Assembly: GCA_043228905.1 (NCBI GenBank)
Contig: JBHGNT010000006.1
Location: 18,352,001-18,416,000 of the forward strand
Direction: 5' to 3'
Origin: Azolla caroliniana
Taxonomy: Eukaryota; Plantae; Polypodiophyta
DNA length: 64,000 nt
Below the pieces are notes generated by a model that did no database searches, was not told the origin of the DNA, and saw only the letters and a program-made list of their open reading frames with translations. Positions 12,401-25,500 of this stretch are shown here, in pieces. Both the position numbers and the translations under genes were made by a program. Numbering within the stretch: position 1 is the stretch's first letter; each line of letters starts with the position of its first letter.

Positions 12401-15400
12401 ACGTTGCGCTTCATTCAAGACCTGCAGTCGGTCAACAGAGTGACCATTCGGAACGCAGGAATCGGACCAACAATAGATGAGTTCGCGGAGGCCTTCACCG
12501 GAAGGTCGATCTACTCAGTCGGTGATCTGTACTCGGGGTACGATCAGTTCCAACTAGCCGTAGAGAGCAGAGACATTACGACGATGCGGACTCCTCTCGG
12601 CCTAGTGCGGATGTGCACCCTGCCGCAAGGAGGGACAAACTCGGTGGCCCACATGGTGAATGCGATGAACAAGGTGCTAAGGGATTGTATCCCGGACATC
12701 ACCATGCCATTCTTGGACGACATCCCAATCAAGGGATGTTCGGTGGGGGAAAAGGACGAAACGATCGGACCGGACGGATGCAGGAAATTCGTGACGACAC
12801 ACATTGACGACTGCGAGAGGGTGCTGCAGAGGCTAGAGGACGTGAGGCTCACCTTCTCCGGGGAGAAATCGGCCTTCGGGCAATCAGAGATCATGGTCGT
12901 TGGACATCTATGCGGAGCGAATGGCCGGAAACCATCTCCGGCCAAGGTAGAAGTCATTTCTGCTATGAAGCCCGATTGTAACTCGGTCACGGAGGTACAG
13001 AGGTTCTTGGGAGCATGCGCGTTCTACCACATATGGATCCCACATTACGCCCACGTTGCCGAGCCACTATATGGGTTGCTGAAAAAGGGGCAAAAATTCG
13101 AGTGGCGAGTCGAGCATGCGGAGTTAGTCTGAAAAATGAAGGAGGCTCTTACTGCAGCTCCGGCGCTCCGGAAGGCGGTCTATGAGAAAGGCACCCCCAT
13201 CTACATAACGGTAGATACGAGTCCGACCGGGATCAGATGGGTCGTCAACCAAGAAGATGAGGACGGTATTCGGTTCCCAATCCGGTTCGGCGTGAAGGTC
13301 CTCAGCGAGCGACAGCGAGGATACGCCCAGGTTAAACGCGAACTCTGGGGTATCGTTTCGGCGGTAAAGGCCGATAAAGACTATCTGATCGGGACGGAGG
13401 TAATTATCGAGACGGACTGCCTGCCAATCCTCGACATGGTTTCCGGATGCGCAACTCCGGACCTGGCAATGCTCAGGTGGATAGCGTATATCAAGTCCCT
13501 AGATCCGGAAATACGACACATTTCCGGGAAGGACAATGCCATGGCCGACATGCTTTAGAGGGCCCGATTCGACGACGAGGGCGGCATGGTTTCGGAGGAC
13601 GAGGAAGTCGGCGTAGACTTCTTCGAGGCGGCTTACGTAACAACCGAAGGAAAAAGCACTCCGGCGCTTAACGATTTCAACGAGAGCAAGTACGACGGGG
13701 AGTGGCTGCAAATTGGGGGATTCTTGAGGACAATGGTGCCGGACGCATCATGGACAAGGGACGAGGCCAACCGGATCCGGAAGAAAGCGTACCGATTCTT
13801 TCTCCGAGACGGATACTTATGGAAGCACCCGAAGAAGAGGAACGACATCCCGACCCGAGTAGTGGCGACGAAGGAGGAACAGGACGAATTGTTGAAGGCC
13901 TACCACGACAGCCCTTGGGCCGGGCACCGTGGGACGTGGGCCATGTTCGAAAAGTTAAAGGGGAAGTACTGGTGGCCGGGACTGTACTAGGACGTGCATC
14001 GGTTCGTGACAACTTGTGAGAGTTGTCAGATGCACTCCATAATCCGACATCGAGACAAGCTTCACCCCACTTACCCTCCGGCCATCCACTTCAAATGGAT
14101 GGTAGATTTGGTGACGATGCCGATGGGCGTAGGGCAGATGCGGTATCTGGTGCTGGCCTGGGAGCACTCCGGCGCTTAACGATTTCGACGAGAGCAAGTA
14201 CAACGGGGAGTGGCTGCAGATTGGAGGATTCTTAAGGACGATGACGCCGGGCGCGTCATGGACAAGGGACGAGGCCAACCGGATCCGGAAGAAAGCGTAC
14301 CGATTCTTTCTCCGGGACGACTACTTGTGGAAGCACCCGAAGAAGAGAAACGGCATCCCGCACCGAGTAGTGGCGATGAAGGAGGAACAGGAGGAGTTGC
14401 TGAAAGCCTACCACGACAGCCCCTGGGCTGGACACCGTGGGACGTGGGCCACGTTCGAGAAACTAAAGGGGAAGTACTGGTGGTCGGGACTGTACCGGGA
14501 CGTGCATCGGTTCATGACAACTTGTGAAAGCTGTCAGATACACTCCATAGTCCGACATCGGGACGAGCTTCACCCCACATACCCTCCGGCCATCCACTTC
14601 AAATGGATGGTAGATTTGGTGAGGATGCTGATGGGCGTAGGGCAGATGTGATATCTGGTGCTGGCCCGGGAGGACCTGACGAACCAGGTGGAAGGCCGAG
14701 CCCTGCAGAACAAAACGACCGTGGCCGTGTGTCGGTTCCTGATCGAGGACGTGATATGCCGGTACGGATGCGTCTGAAAGATCGTGGCTGACCGCGGGGA
14801 GTTGGACGCCGAAGAGGCCAAGGAGCTGTTCAACCGGTTAGGGGTCAAGCTCTCGCTCACCACAGCGTACAATCCGGAGGCAAACGGGAAGTTAGAGCGC
14901 GGGCACAGGCCAATCGTCAAAGCGCTAGTCCGGGCGTGTGGAGGACAGGTCGGGAATTGGCCGCGACTGTTACCCTATGCCTTGTGGGCGGACCGGACAA
15001 CGCACAGTTCGGTTACCGGGTTCATGCCGTCAGAACTCATGTTCGGACAGAAGCCGATCATGCCGATGGAACGGACGATCTCCTCCTGGGCGACAGTAGA
15101 CTGGAGTGACGAAATGAGTTGGGAAGAACTGCTTGCGGCGCGTATACGGCAGCTCGAACGGAGGCCAGAGGATGTGGAATGAGCGGCGGAGAGACTTCGG
15201 ACGGCGAGAATGAAGAACAAAGCCCGGTTCGACCAAACGCACGGGCTCAGACCAAAGAGAATCGAGGAAGGTGACTGGGTGGTAGTCTACGACAGCAGCC
15301 TCCACAACCAGCACCGAGCAACACGGAAGTTTGCAAAGCGGTGGTTCGGGCCTTACGTGGTAACGGGCGCCAACGACAACGGGACGTACCACCTAGTGGA

Positions 15401-15632
15401 ACTCGACAATATGAGGATGGCGATGCCAGTGGCGGGGAACCTGATCAAAGCGTTCAAGAAGTGCCACGACGGCGAACCGGATCTAAGAAGCCTGGACAAC
15501 GACGATGATCAGTCCGAGGCAGAGGACGAACCGATGGATGAGGAACCGGAACCCGGGCCGTTTTTCTCCAACCAGAACCCAATTTTGGCGCATACCGGTG
15601 GATGCGTGGTTAGGTGGGGGCGGATGTCGTGA
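9450..15632 (+). pseudogene. G2 gag-pol (gag with CCHC knuckle, PR, RT, RNase H, integrase), disrupted
   Basis: Gag 'CMWCDEVGHIRKDC'; PR 'LVDHGSEINLM'; RT 'DLYSGYDQF...PFLDDIP'; RH 'VDTSPTG...RELWG...TDC...NAMAD'; IN 'HDSPWAGH...CESCQ', 'WMVDLV', 'ADRGE', 'NPEANGKLER'. Several TAG/TGA stops; no chromodomain seen. Confidence 0.92.
13655..14672 (+). repeat. 508-bp tandem duplication in G2 integrase N-terminal (H2C2) region
   Basis: AGCACTCCGGCGCTTAACGATTTC occurs at 13655 and 14163; both copies run to TATCTGGTGCTGGCC. Confidence 0.95.
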
Positions 15633-18600
15633 AGAAAACCGTCCCCTGGCGCAATCGGTCAATAGCACACATGAACCGGCCCTTCACATGTGTGCGCTCT
15701 TAATGTATATAATAGAGAATTAGGTACAGAGAGAGATCCTGGGTAGTTAGATTCGGTAAGTGGGAAGTAAATGAGGGAGACGACTCCCTTCTTGACGCTA
15801 TAAAGGAGAGGGAGACGCAGGGAGAGGGGATCGCGCATTAAGGAGGACGAAGTGCTGTCGGACCGGAACCGAACGCTTCTCCTCTGTCTATTCTCTGTTG
15901 TTCTTCTCTGTAGGCGTCGGGAGGCTCGCGCTGCTTCGAGGAACGCCCGTGTGCTTCCGGCAGCACCTCCATCTTATCCCCTTTCCGTGCGCAGAAGAAC
16001 AGGCATCGGCATCTGTTCGCCGGCCTGTTCGGTTGTAACCGCTCGCGTGTTCTGTTGTGTTCTTGTTATTCGTTAATCTACAAACACTTGTGTCTCCCTG
16101 TCTCTGTGTCCATTCGTGTTTTCTGTGTTGACGGGCCACGCCCCTGTGTTCTTTGCTCATACGTGACCGGGCGTGTCTCTTCTTCTCTTTCCCCTTTTAT
16201 CATCTGCTCTTCGGTTCAAGACCCCGGTGGTCCCACCTCGTTTCCCCACGCACGCGCGTAGTAACGCGACACCGTGTTCCAGTGCTCCTTGCCGGGATTG
16301 CTCATAAACCGGCTCACCACTCCGACTGCGTATCCTATATCCGGTCGGGTACACACAATTGCGTACATCAAGCTCCCGACGGCACAGGCATATGGAACCT
16401 TCATCATATCAGCCTTCTCCGCTTTCGTCTTCGAGCTTTGCGTACCGGATAATCTGCAGTTTGTCGGGAGTGTCGATCCGACCGGTTTCGCATCTGACAT
16501 GTTGAACCGGTGAAGCACCTTTGTCACGTACTTCTCCTGTGACAACCACAATTGCTTCACTGACCGGTTCCGACCAATATGCATCCCCAGCATCTGTCTT
16601 GCCGAACCCATGTCTTTCATTGAGAAGGTCCAGTTGAGAGCCTTCTTCAGCATCCGTATTTTGGCTTGGTCCCGTCTGACGATCAACATGTCATCCACGT
16701 ACAGAAGGAGTATCAGGAAGTCGCCTCCTTCGAACTTCCGGTACCATTGTCGGGGAGCCTGCTTTAGTCCGTACAGGCTCTTCTTCAACCGGCATACTAG
16801 GTGCTTCTTCCCTTTGTCCACGAATCCTTCCGGTTGCTGCATGTAGATCTCCTCTTCGAGGTCGCCGTGAAGGAATGTCATCTTCACATCCAGCTGCTCT
16901 ACCTCGAGGTCCATGCTTGCCGCTATACTTAGCACCGTCCGGATGGAGGTCATCTTTACTACCGGGGCAAATATCTTGCTGAAGTCCACGCCCTTCTTCT
17001 GCTGGAACCCCTTCACCATGATCCTGGCTTTGTATCTTGGGGGGTTGCCGGCATCTCCCGGTTTCAACTTGTACACCCACTTATTTCGGAGTGCCCGCTT
17101 TCCTTTTGGCAACTCCACCAATTCATACGTATGGTTCGCATGCAGGGAATCCATCTCATCCTGCATGGCACTTTAACCATTTGCGGTTGTGGGTGTCATC
17201 CTTTGCCTCTACGAAGCTTTCTGGCTCCCCCTCATCGGTTAGCAGCACATGCTCTGCATCCGGAAATCTCCGGGGGGGGCTTCTCTCTCTGAGTGAATAT
17301 CTACGTCTTTGGGCTTCGGTAACCGGCTCATCCATTTGCTCTTCATCTGAATCCCATTCGGGGTCTTGGCCGGTTCCGGTTTTGGCTTCCTCTACTTCTT
17401 CTACTGCCGGTTCGGTATCCTCACCGTAACCGGCTGGTTCCTCGAGTGTTAACCGGTCTCTTGCCGGTTGGGTCTTTTCATCGTAGAATCAATCCTTACC
17501 GGTCGACTCGGAGTTCATTATCTTCTTCTCCGACTCCCAGTCGGCGAGCGTCTTGTCCTCCATGAAGATAATATCTCGACTCTGGAATACCTTCTTGTCA
17601 ACCGAGTCCCACACTCGGTAGCCGAACTCACCGTCGCCGTAACCGAGGAATATGCATGGCCAGGTCTTTGGATCTAACTTTCCTCTCCGGTCCTTAGCTA
17701 CATGCACGTATGCGAGACAGCCGAACACCTTCATATGTCGGTAGGACACTTCCTTACCGGTCCACACCTTCTGCGGTGTGTCTCCATCCAAGGGCACTGA
17801 GGGTGATCTATTTATCACATACGTCGTTGTCGACAGCACCTCAGCCAGAAACGTCTTGGGTAACTTTGCATGCGCTAGCATACTCCGGACTCTCTCCATT
17901 ATGGTCTGGTTCATCCTCTCGGCCAGCCTGTTTAGTTCTAGCGTCTTCGGTACGGTAAATTCGAGCCGGATTCCTTTTGAGCGACAGTACTCCTCAAACT
18001 GCGCCCGGTATTCCCCTCCGCTATCTGCTCGAACCGCCTTCAGCTTCCGGCCAGTTTCTCTTTCCACTCTCACATGGAGCTCTTTGAAGACGGATAGCAC
18101 ATGATCCTTCGTCTTCAACGGTGTGGCCCACAGCTTCCGGCTGTGGTCATCCTGCATGTGACTTCATGTCCACTTGACACACATCAGTATGCACCAACTC
18201 CAGTGGTGCATTACGTCTCATCGGTGGCCTTGGTCGGAAGGAGGTCCGGTTTTGCTTACCGGCCAAACAATCAATGCACTTCTCCAAGTGCACATTCTTC
18301 ACTAGAATGAGGTTGTCGTCTGCAAGCCTCTTCATCCCCTTCTCGCTCATGTGACACAGCCTTTTGTGCCACAGCTCACCGGCAGTGTCGGATGCCACGT
18401 TCACTTCCTCCAGACATAACCGGGCATTCATCAGGTACAGCATGTTGACCTTCCGGGCCCGACCCACAATCAGGCTCCCTTTGCTGAACTTCATAACACC
18501 GTTCCGGATGCTACTCATGTAACCTTCATCATCTAGCCGACCGGCTGATATCAGGTTCAGACGAACCTCTACAACGTGTCGGACATCCTTCAGCAGCAGC

Positions 18601-19706
18601 TTGCATCCGGTTGGTGTTGTCAGCCACATGTCTCCTATGTTGATAATTCGGCATGTACGTTCATTCCCCATCCGAACACAGCCGTGATCACCGGTTGAGC
18701 AGGATGAGAAGCATTTCCTGTCCGGGGTAAGGTGGAACGACGCTCCGGAGTCGACCACCCAGGTCATCTCGTCGCCGGCAAGGTTTATCTCACTCTCCTT
18801 GGTGATGAGCATGAACTCTTCTTCACTTGCCGCGATTGTCGTCGTTCCCTTTTGGTCCGGCCCCCTCTGGTCTTTACCCTTCCGATCAGGTGTCCGCTTC
18901 AAATCGGTACCGTCAGTTTCCTTGTCTTTCCGGAAATGCCGACAGTTCTTCTAGAAGTGTCCCGGCTTGCCACAATAGAAGCAAGTAGGCCTCCCCCTTG
19001 ACTTTGACCGTGTCCCCGACTTTTCCCGGTTCTGGGGACTACGGTTTCTATGTCTTCCACGTTCCGATTCGGTAAGGAGCGCTTTGGAGTTGGAGCTTGT
19101 ATCCTTATCTTTCCGACATGCCTGCTAATCTAGCAAGCTTGACTTAACTCTAGCTAGGGATAACCGTTTCCCTTCCGGCCCGGCGTTGCCCAAACTGACA
19201 ACCAACGTCTCCCAGCTATCCGGGAGGGAACCGAGCAGGAGTAGCGCTAGTACCTCATTGGCGAGAGGTACTTCCAATGATGTTTCCTAGTGGATCAAAC
19301 CCTGGAAGGCATTCATGTGCTCCACCATGCTGGAGCCATCTTGGTACCGGAGTCTTACTAGCTTCCGGAATACCGAAACCTGATTAACAGCATTTTTGTT
19401 TTGAAACATAATGTCGATCTTCTCCCAGAGCTCATGAGCCTTGCTCTCTTCATTGAAGTTGTTGTATAGGCTCATGTCGATGAAGCACCGTATGTACGTC
19501 GTTGTCTTCATGTGCATCACCTCCCATATCGTGGCGTCGATTTTGTCCGGTCTCTTGTCCCCAAACTGAACCGGCAACCAAAGATCTTTAACCACGAGCA
19601 TGTCCCTCATCTTCGACTTCCACACCGAATAGTTGGAGCCGGTGAGCTTAAACATGCCTCCCAACGAATCGTCCATTTTCTGTGTCGTTTCGCTCTGATA
19701 CCACTT

Positions 19707-20265
19707 TGATAGGAACTACACGCTCCCTATGCGCAACGCTCGGCCACAACCGAACTTAGAAACATACACAAAAAAACGGGGAATGGATGCACGACACAGA
19801 GGAGAGAAAAAAAAGAGTACATAGGATGTTTACGTGGAAAACCCAAACTAGGGAAAAACCACGGCAACCCACACACTGCGAACTATCACTATATCACAAG
19901 GATTACAATAGTGAGCTCACGGAGGCAACGACCTCGTGCTCACGATCTTCGCCACAGGCAGCGGTTACAACAGAAGCAACGACCTCTTCGTTTCTTTCTC
20001 TCTCTCTCTCTGTACATTGTTGCGCTCTAATCTTGCACCAACAAGAAATGACAACAACCTTTTCTATCCTCAAAAGTTTGCCCTAAGTCATATTTATACT
20101 AATATGACTTTTCGACTATTTACAAATATAGCCACGATGGACTCTCAAAAACATATTTACGAATATGTCTCTTCATCCGGTGAGCACTCCTCACCGGGCC
20201 TACATCATTCGGCGCTTGTCGGGTACTCGTCATCCGGTTCTGACCGGGTCTTCCGTTTCCGGGTA
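19707..20265 (-). repeat. 5' LTR of C3, outer ~180 bp missing
   Basis: Matches 7453-~8015, then homology stops abruptly at ...TTCCGGGTA into AT-rich DNA. Confidence 0.9.
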
Positions 20266-20944
20266 AATCAATATTGAGGAATGAAGCACCACAACAATTA
20301 AAGAAAGAAGAAACTCAAATGGATAAAAATAAAGACACTTTTCAAAAATGTCAAAAAGTAGAAAAAAACACAAAGTGGTGGAAAAGAAAATTTCAATAGA
20401 GAAACAAGCTCATAACTTCGTCATCTGATATCCACATTTAGAAAGAAAAGATTCATTAGAAATTTGACAACAAGACCTTTCCAATAATATCTTATACACC
20501 AATATTAGAGAACTAGAAAGAAGAAATAGTGATGAAAAAAGTAAGTCAATGTCAAATGAGGATAACTAGGTCTATCTTTAGGATATATTATAAACATCTT
20601 AAACACCTCACATAGACCCAAGCATAGAATGAACCATACGTGCATTCGCATTCAAGAATGATTCAATCAAACGTGTATGGTAAATCATCTCAAAGTTGGA
20701 ATGGATTGACTATGGTCTATATTATATATTGATTCACTCTCAATCCCAATAAGTGAACTCAATTGTGAACCACCAACATAAGTATGGTTACAATATTTGC
20801 ATTGTATCACATGCATACTTTTGGGATGCTTCATAAGAATCAAGACATCTCTATCATCCTCACTTTAGAACTTTACAAAAGAATGAGTATGAACTATAGA
20901 GATTGAATCAAAATATGTCATTATAAATTATAATCAAATGTTCA

Positions 20945-21600
20945 AAAACTCATAAAACGTATATTCGAGAATAGAAAGAAAACATGACATAGGCAGTAGT
21001 AGCATAACAACTTACCACTAGGGTGACCTAATTTCTAATAACAAATAAAGAAAAAAAGAAAAGAAAAAAGAAACAATAAAAAACTCATAAAACATATATT
21101 CGAGAATATAAAGAAAACATGACATAGGCAGTAGTAGCATAACAACTTACCACTAGGGTGACCTAATTTCTAATAAGAAAGAAAAAAAGAAAAACATGGC
21201 ACTAACATAAAATGTTGCCATGACATAGGCAGTAGTAGCATAATAGTTTACCACAAGGGTGCGCTAATTTCTAATAACAAAGAAAGAAAGAAAAAGAAGA
21301 AAAAGTAACATGACACTAACATAAAATTTTGCCATGACACTAACAAGAGGATATGATAAAGTTGGGAATTGAACCCAAGACACAAGTAACAATAGCATAG
21401 CAACTTACCACTTGGTTGTGCTTACTTCTAATAAATAATAAATAAATATTAAAAAAACCTATTATAATACTAACACAAAATTTTGCTATGACATGGTACT
21501 AATGAGAGAGAGAGAAAGAGAGGTGAGAAAATTGAGAATCAAAACCAAGACATTGACAACAATAGCATGACTCCTTACCACTAGGGTGAGCTAAATTGTA
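20945..21600 (-). repeat. Cluster of ~5 degenerate repeats with tRNA-like A/B boxes (SINE-like)
   Basis: Motif TAGCATAACAACTTACCACTAGGGTG recurs at ~21000, 21135, 21235, 21392, 21563; the 21361-21425 copy reads (minus) AACCAAGTGGTAAG...TTGGG-TTCAATT-CCCAA. Confidence 0.55.
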
Positions 21601-21643
21601 ACAACAACAACAACAACAATAATAATAATAATAATAATAATAA
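21600..21643. repeat. Compound microsatellite (AAC)n(AAT)n
   Basis: ACAACAACAACAACAACAATAATAATAAT... Confidence 0.9.
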
Positions 21644-22458
21644 AAGGAGTACGTATTTTTCCCATTTTAAACGTGTTCGTTTCCAAACATTTGAATGCTT
21701 GCACGAACACGAATATTACGTTCTACATTCATTAGAAAGTGATGATAGCCTATCAATCAAACAAACCAAAAATCCTTAAAGAGGAGAGACTTATTAGAGA
21801 TTTTTTTTTTAAAACAAAGAACAATTGAAAGTTTACAATAAGTGAGAAGAGACTTGAGACTAGGTTTGTCAATTAGAGTAACAAGTGATAAGAGCTTGAG
21901 AGGAGGTTTGTCAATTAGAGTAATAGAAATTAAAGTTTGGCGTTATTGTACTTGGAGAGTAAGAAATTTGTATTGTTTCCATAATAGTATATTGTAGCAT
22001 TCTTTCCTCTTCCTCATCTCTTCTGTATCTTTTCTCTAGCTCTCTTAATTAGTAAGCACACATCCACATCCTAATACACAACATGCACTCTTTCATGAAA
22101 CCTCTTTCAATTCAATACAACCACTCCTACAAAGCCTTTAGTGACCTCTAGTATCCATGCATTGGGAACTATCACCTATATCCCCATACATTGTGGAGTT
22201 TATTAGAAAGGCATTGATGATTCTAAATATATAGAAAATTAATTATTATTGAAGTTACTTGCAAACTAACCTACATCTATTTCAAATCATTCCATGTCTG
22301 TCACCATACAATTGTTATTCCCTTAAAATTGTAATATATATCAAACCAAACTTAATTCATCATGTATTCTCTCCACATCATGACAACGTAGAGTCCGGGA
22401 ATGCCAAGACTAAACTTGTAGCATTGTCAAAAACCCACTAAAAATGATACCTATAATG

Positions 22459-22536
22459 TGTCATGAACAGTACTGAGACAGAGAAGGAATTAGTACTATG
22501 AGAGGTGTGGAACTTCTTCGAGAGAAGGAAGAAGTG

Positions 22537-22570
<34 letters not shown>

Positions 22571-25500
22571 TGATGATAAGAAAGATATGTATTATATGAA
22601 GAGAATATACAATGGTGGCTAAAAGGCTTAAGACTGGCGTTGAACCAATTTGGTTCAACATAATGCCTAATGCCCTCTTTTATAGTGTTTTCAAGAGTAA
22701 TCCTGAAGCTTCTAGAATGTTCCAGAGAAATCTGGAATATACACTAATTTCCTATAATAAAATATAAATGAAAATAATATCCTACATATTACAATAGATG
22801 ATCTAATGGTCAAGAGCTCGACTCATATAACCTAAGGTCATGGGTTGGAGTCTTGCCATATCATGACACTATCCCCCCTTTAAAAAGACGAGTGTCACGA
22901 GTCGTCTTAGATTGAGGACCTGGTTTGTGTGGATATTGACGATGGAAGTCTTCAAGAAGAGCACGACCATTGGTCACATTCTCGATCGGTTCCCGAGTAC
23001 GTTCGTTGGGGCTATAGCCTAGCCAATCGACTAGATAGTAGAGCTTGTTGCGAACAATCTTCGAAGCAAGGATGGCAGCAACCTCGTACTCCGGCCCATC
23101 TTCAAGCTTGATCGGGGGTGGAGGTTGGATAAGACGTCTTGGGATGGTGCTCTCGTGGTAGGGTTCGAGGAGAGAACTATGAAACACCGGATGTATCCGA
23201 AGTTGAGGAGGTAGATCGAGACGAAAAGCGACATCATTAATCTGTCCAATAATACGGAAAGGACCTAATCGCCGATAATCTAACTTCTCACATGGACGAG
23301 TAGTCTTGATGTGTCGTCGTAGCAGCCACACCCGATCTCCAATATTAAAATTGGATGGAAGTCGATGACGATCCGCGTAGACCTTGTGTGTTTGTTGAGC
23401 TTGCTGGAGATGAGTAGATAAATCCGCTTGTATCTTCCGTAACTGCTCCAAACGATCCTCTGCGCACGGATTTGTGGACACCTCTGGGGTTTCAAGTACA
23501 CTCCACCGGAGGTCACATCCCGTATAAGCATAAAATGGCGTAACTTTAGTGGATGCGTGGATAGAGTTGTTATAGGAAAATTCGGCAAAGTGGAGAATAT
23601 CTGCCCAGTCATCTTGATGATAGCTGAGAAAGCACTACAGATACTGCTCCAACATTTGATTTGTTCGTTCAGCTTGGCCGTCGTTTTGTGGGTGGTAGCC
23701 GGAGGAGAGGTTACAAGTGACCTTGAGCATGTTAAAAAGGTGCTTCCAGAATTTTGACACGAACTGGGGTCCACGGTCACTGATGATACTATTGGGAAGT
23801 CCATGATGCCGACATACTTCACACATGACAATTTCGGCAGTGTCTTCACTGGAGATCTCCTTAGTACATGGCAAGAAATGAGCCATCTTCGTATATCGAT
23901 CGACCACCGTTAGAATCGCATTGAACACCTTAGAGACTGGAAGATCTGTGATGAAGTCTAGAGCAATGGATTGCCACGGCTTGCTTGGAATTCGTAATGG
24001 TTCTAATAAACCATATGAATAATGCCTTGGCATTTTCGCTCTACAACATGTATCACAAGTCCCAACAAAATCCTCGACAAATTGTCGCATACAGGGCCAC
24101 CAGAATGTTCGTTGTACTAAATGTAATGTTTTAGTACTACCAAAATGCCCAGCTGTATATGTGTCATGAGAGTTTTGTACTACTCGAAGGCGGCAAGAAC
24201 CATTAGGAACATACAAAAGTTCTTTAAAGAAGAGTAATCCATCATGGTATTTGAATTGCCGATAGTCTGTACCTGGTGGTTGCGACTGTGAACACGATGC
24301 TCGAGAGGGATCAATTTGTGCTAGTATAGCTTGGGCGAACGCATCTGTCTTCAAGTCTTCACGTATGGTATCGATAACGCGGGAATCCATAGGCATGTCA
24401 AAGATCTGTGTTGCTTGTAGTCGTGCCGGTCCCAAGATGACTTGTTTTTGGTTATCGAAAGTTGGCTCGCCGGGACGGGGTGCTAGATACGAACGCCGTG
24501 ATAATGCATCTGCCTTCCCTTGGTGCCTCCCCGGGCGATATGTAATTTTGAAGTCGAAACGCGTGAGGAAGTGGGCCCACCGAGCTTGACGTCGATTCAA
24601 CACACGAGCATCCTGAAAGTAGGCAAGATTCTTGTGGTCACTAAATACGGTGACTGGATGAGAGGATCCCTCCCGAAAATGCCTCCATTGCATAAAAGAA
24701 TCCACTATTGCCAATAGCTCCTTATCATGAATTTCGTAGTGGATTTCAGCGGCGTCAAACTTGCGTGAGTGAAAAGCCACAGGATGTAGCTTCTCATCAT
24801 TCCCCTGTTGTAACAGAATGCTCCCCAATGCAAAATCCGATGCGTCAGCTTCGATAATGAATGGTTTTTCCGGATCGACATGAGCTAGAATTGGAGCTGA
24901 TGTAAATGCCTTTTTAAGACTCTCGAAAGCCATGTCCGTTTCTTCAGACCAGATGAACGGTTGTCCCTTCCTGGTAAGTTGTGTGAGAGGTAGAACGATC
25001 TTTGAGTAATCTTGTATGAACTTCCGGTAAAAATTGGCAAAGCCTAAGAAGCATTGCACATCCCGCACCGAACGCGGAGTCTGCCATTCTACCACCGTTT
25101 TGACCTTAGCTGGGTCCATGGAGATGCCTTCTGACGAAATGATGTAGCCGAGAAATTCCACTTGGTTGCACCCAAAACTACATTTTTCCAACTTTGCATA
25201 CAGACCATGTTCTCGAAGTCGTTTTAGTACTAATAGTACATGAGAATCATGTTCTTCTTGGGTCTTTGAATAAACCAGTAGATCATCCAAATAGATGATC
25301 AAACAATCATCCAATAGATCCCGGAATATATCATTAGCCATGTGTTGGAAGACTGTCGGCGCATTAGTGAGGTCGAATGGCATGACCGTATACTCGAAGT
25401 GCCCATATCTGGTGCGAAACGTAGTCTTCCATTCATCTCCTAGTCAGATCCGTACGAGGTTATATGCTCCCCGTAAGTCGATCTTCATGAAGAACCTGGC

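Larger units (their letters stand above)
8758..16271 (+). mobile_element. G2: full-length non-chromovirus Ty3/Gypsy with tRNA-Trp PBS and 4-bp TSD (CCGT)
   Basis: LTRs 8758-9405 and 15625-16271 (TGTCGTGAAG...CGCGACA, roughly 95% identical by eye); PBS TGGTGAACCCGACGTGAATC; PPT AGGTGGGGGCGGA; CCGT on both flanks; removing it restores C3 RT 'EHWNTVKWIL'. Confidence 0.95.
7453..20265 (-). mobile_element. C3: Ty1/Copia element (Tnt1/Tork-like) hosting nested G2; 5' LTR truncated
   Basis: 3' LTR 7453-8195 with PPT (minus AGTGAAGGGGGAGTT); 5' LTR 19707-20265 highly similar; PBS-Met 19692-19703; gag 19287-19676, PR 'WVVDSGASFH' 18147-18902, IN 17489-18157, RT 'YVDDML' 16216-17166, RNase H 8371-8646. 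Confidence 0.95.

Noticed and set aside
8753-16275. Alternative 5-bp TSD ACCGT for G2
   Set aside because: It would require the 3' LTR to lack its terminal A; the 5' LTR ends CGACA, and solo LTR G6 independently shows a 4-bp CCGT.
21361-21425. Functional tRNA gene (also considered at 28055-28125)
   Set aside because: A/B boxes are present but no convincing acceptor and anticodon stems; kept only as tRNA-like.
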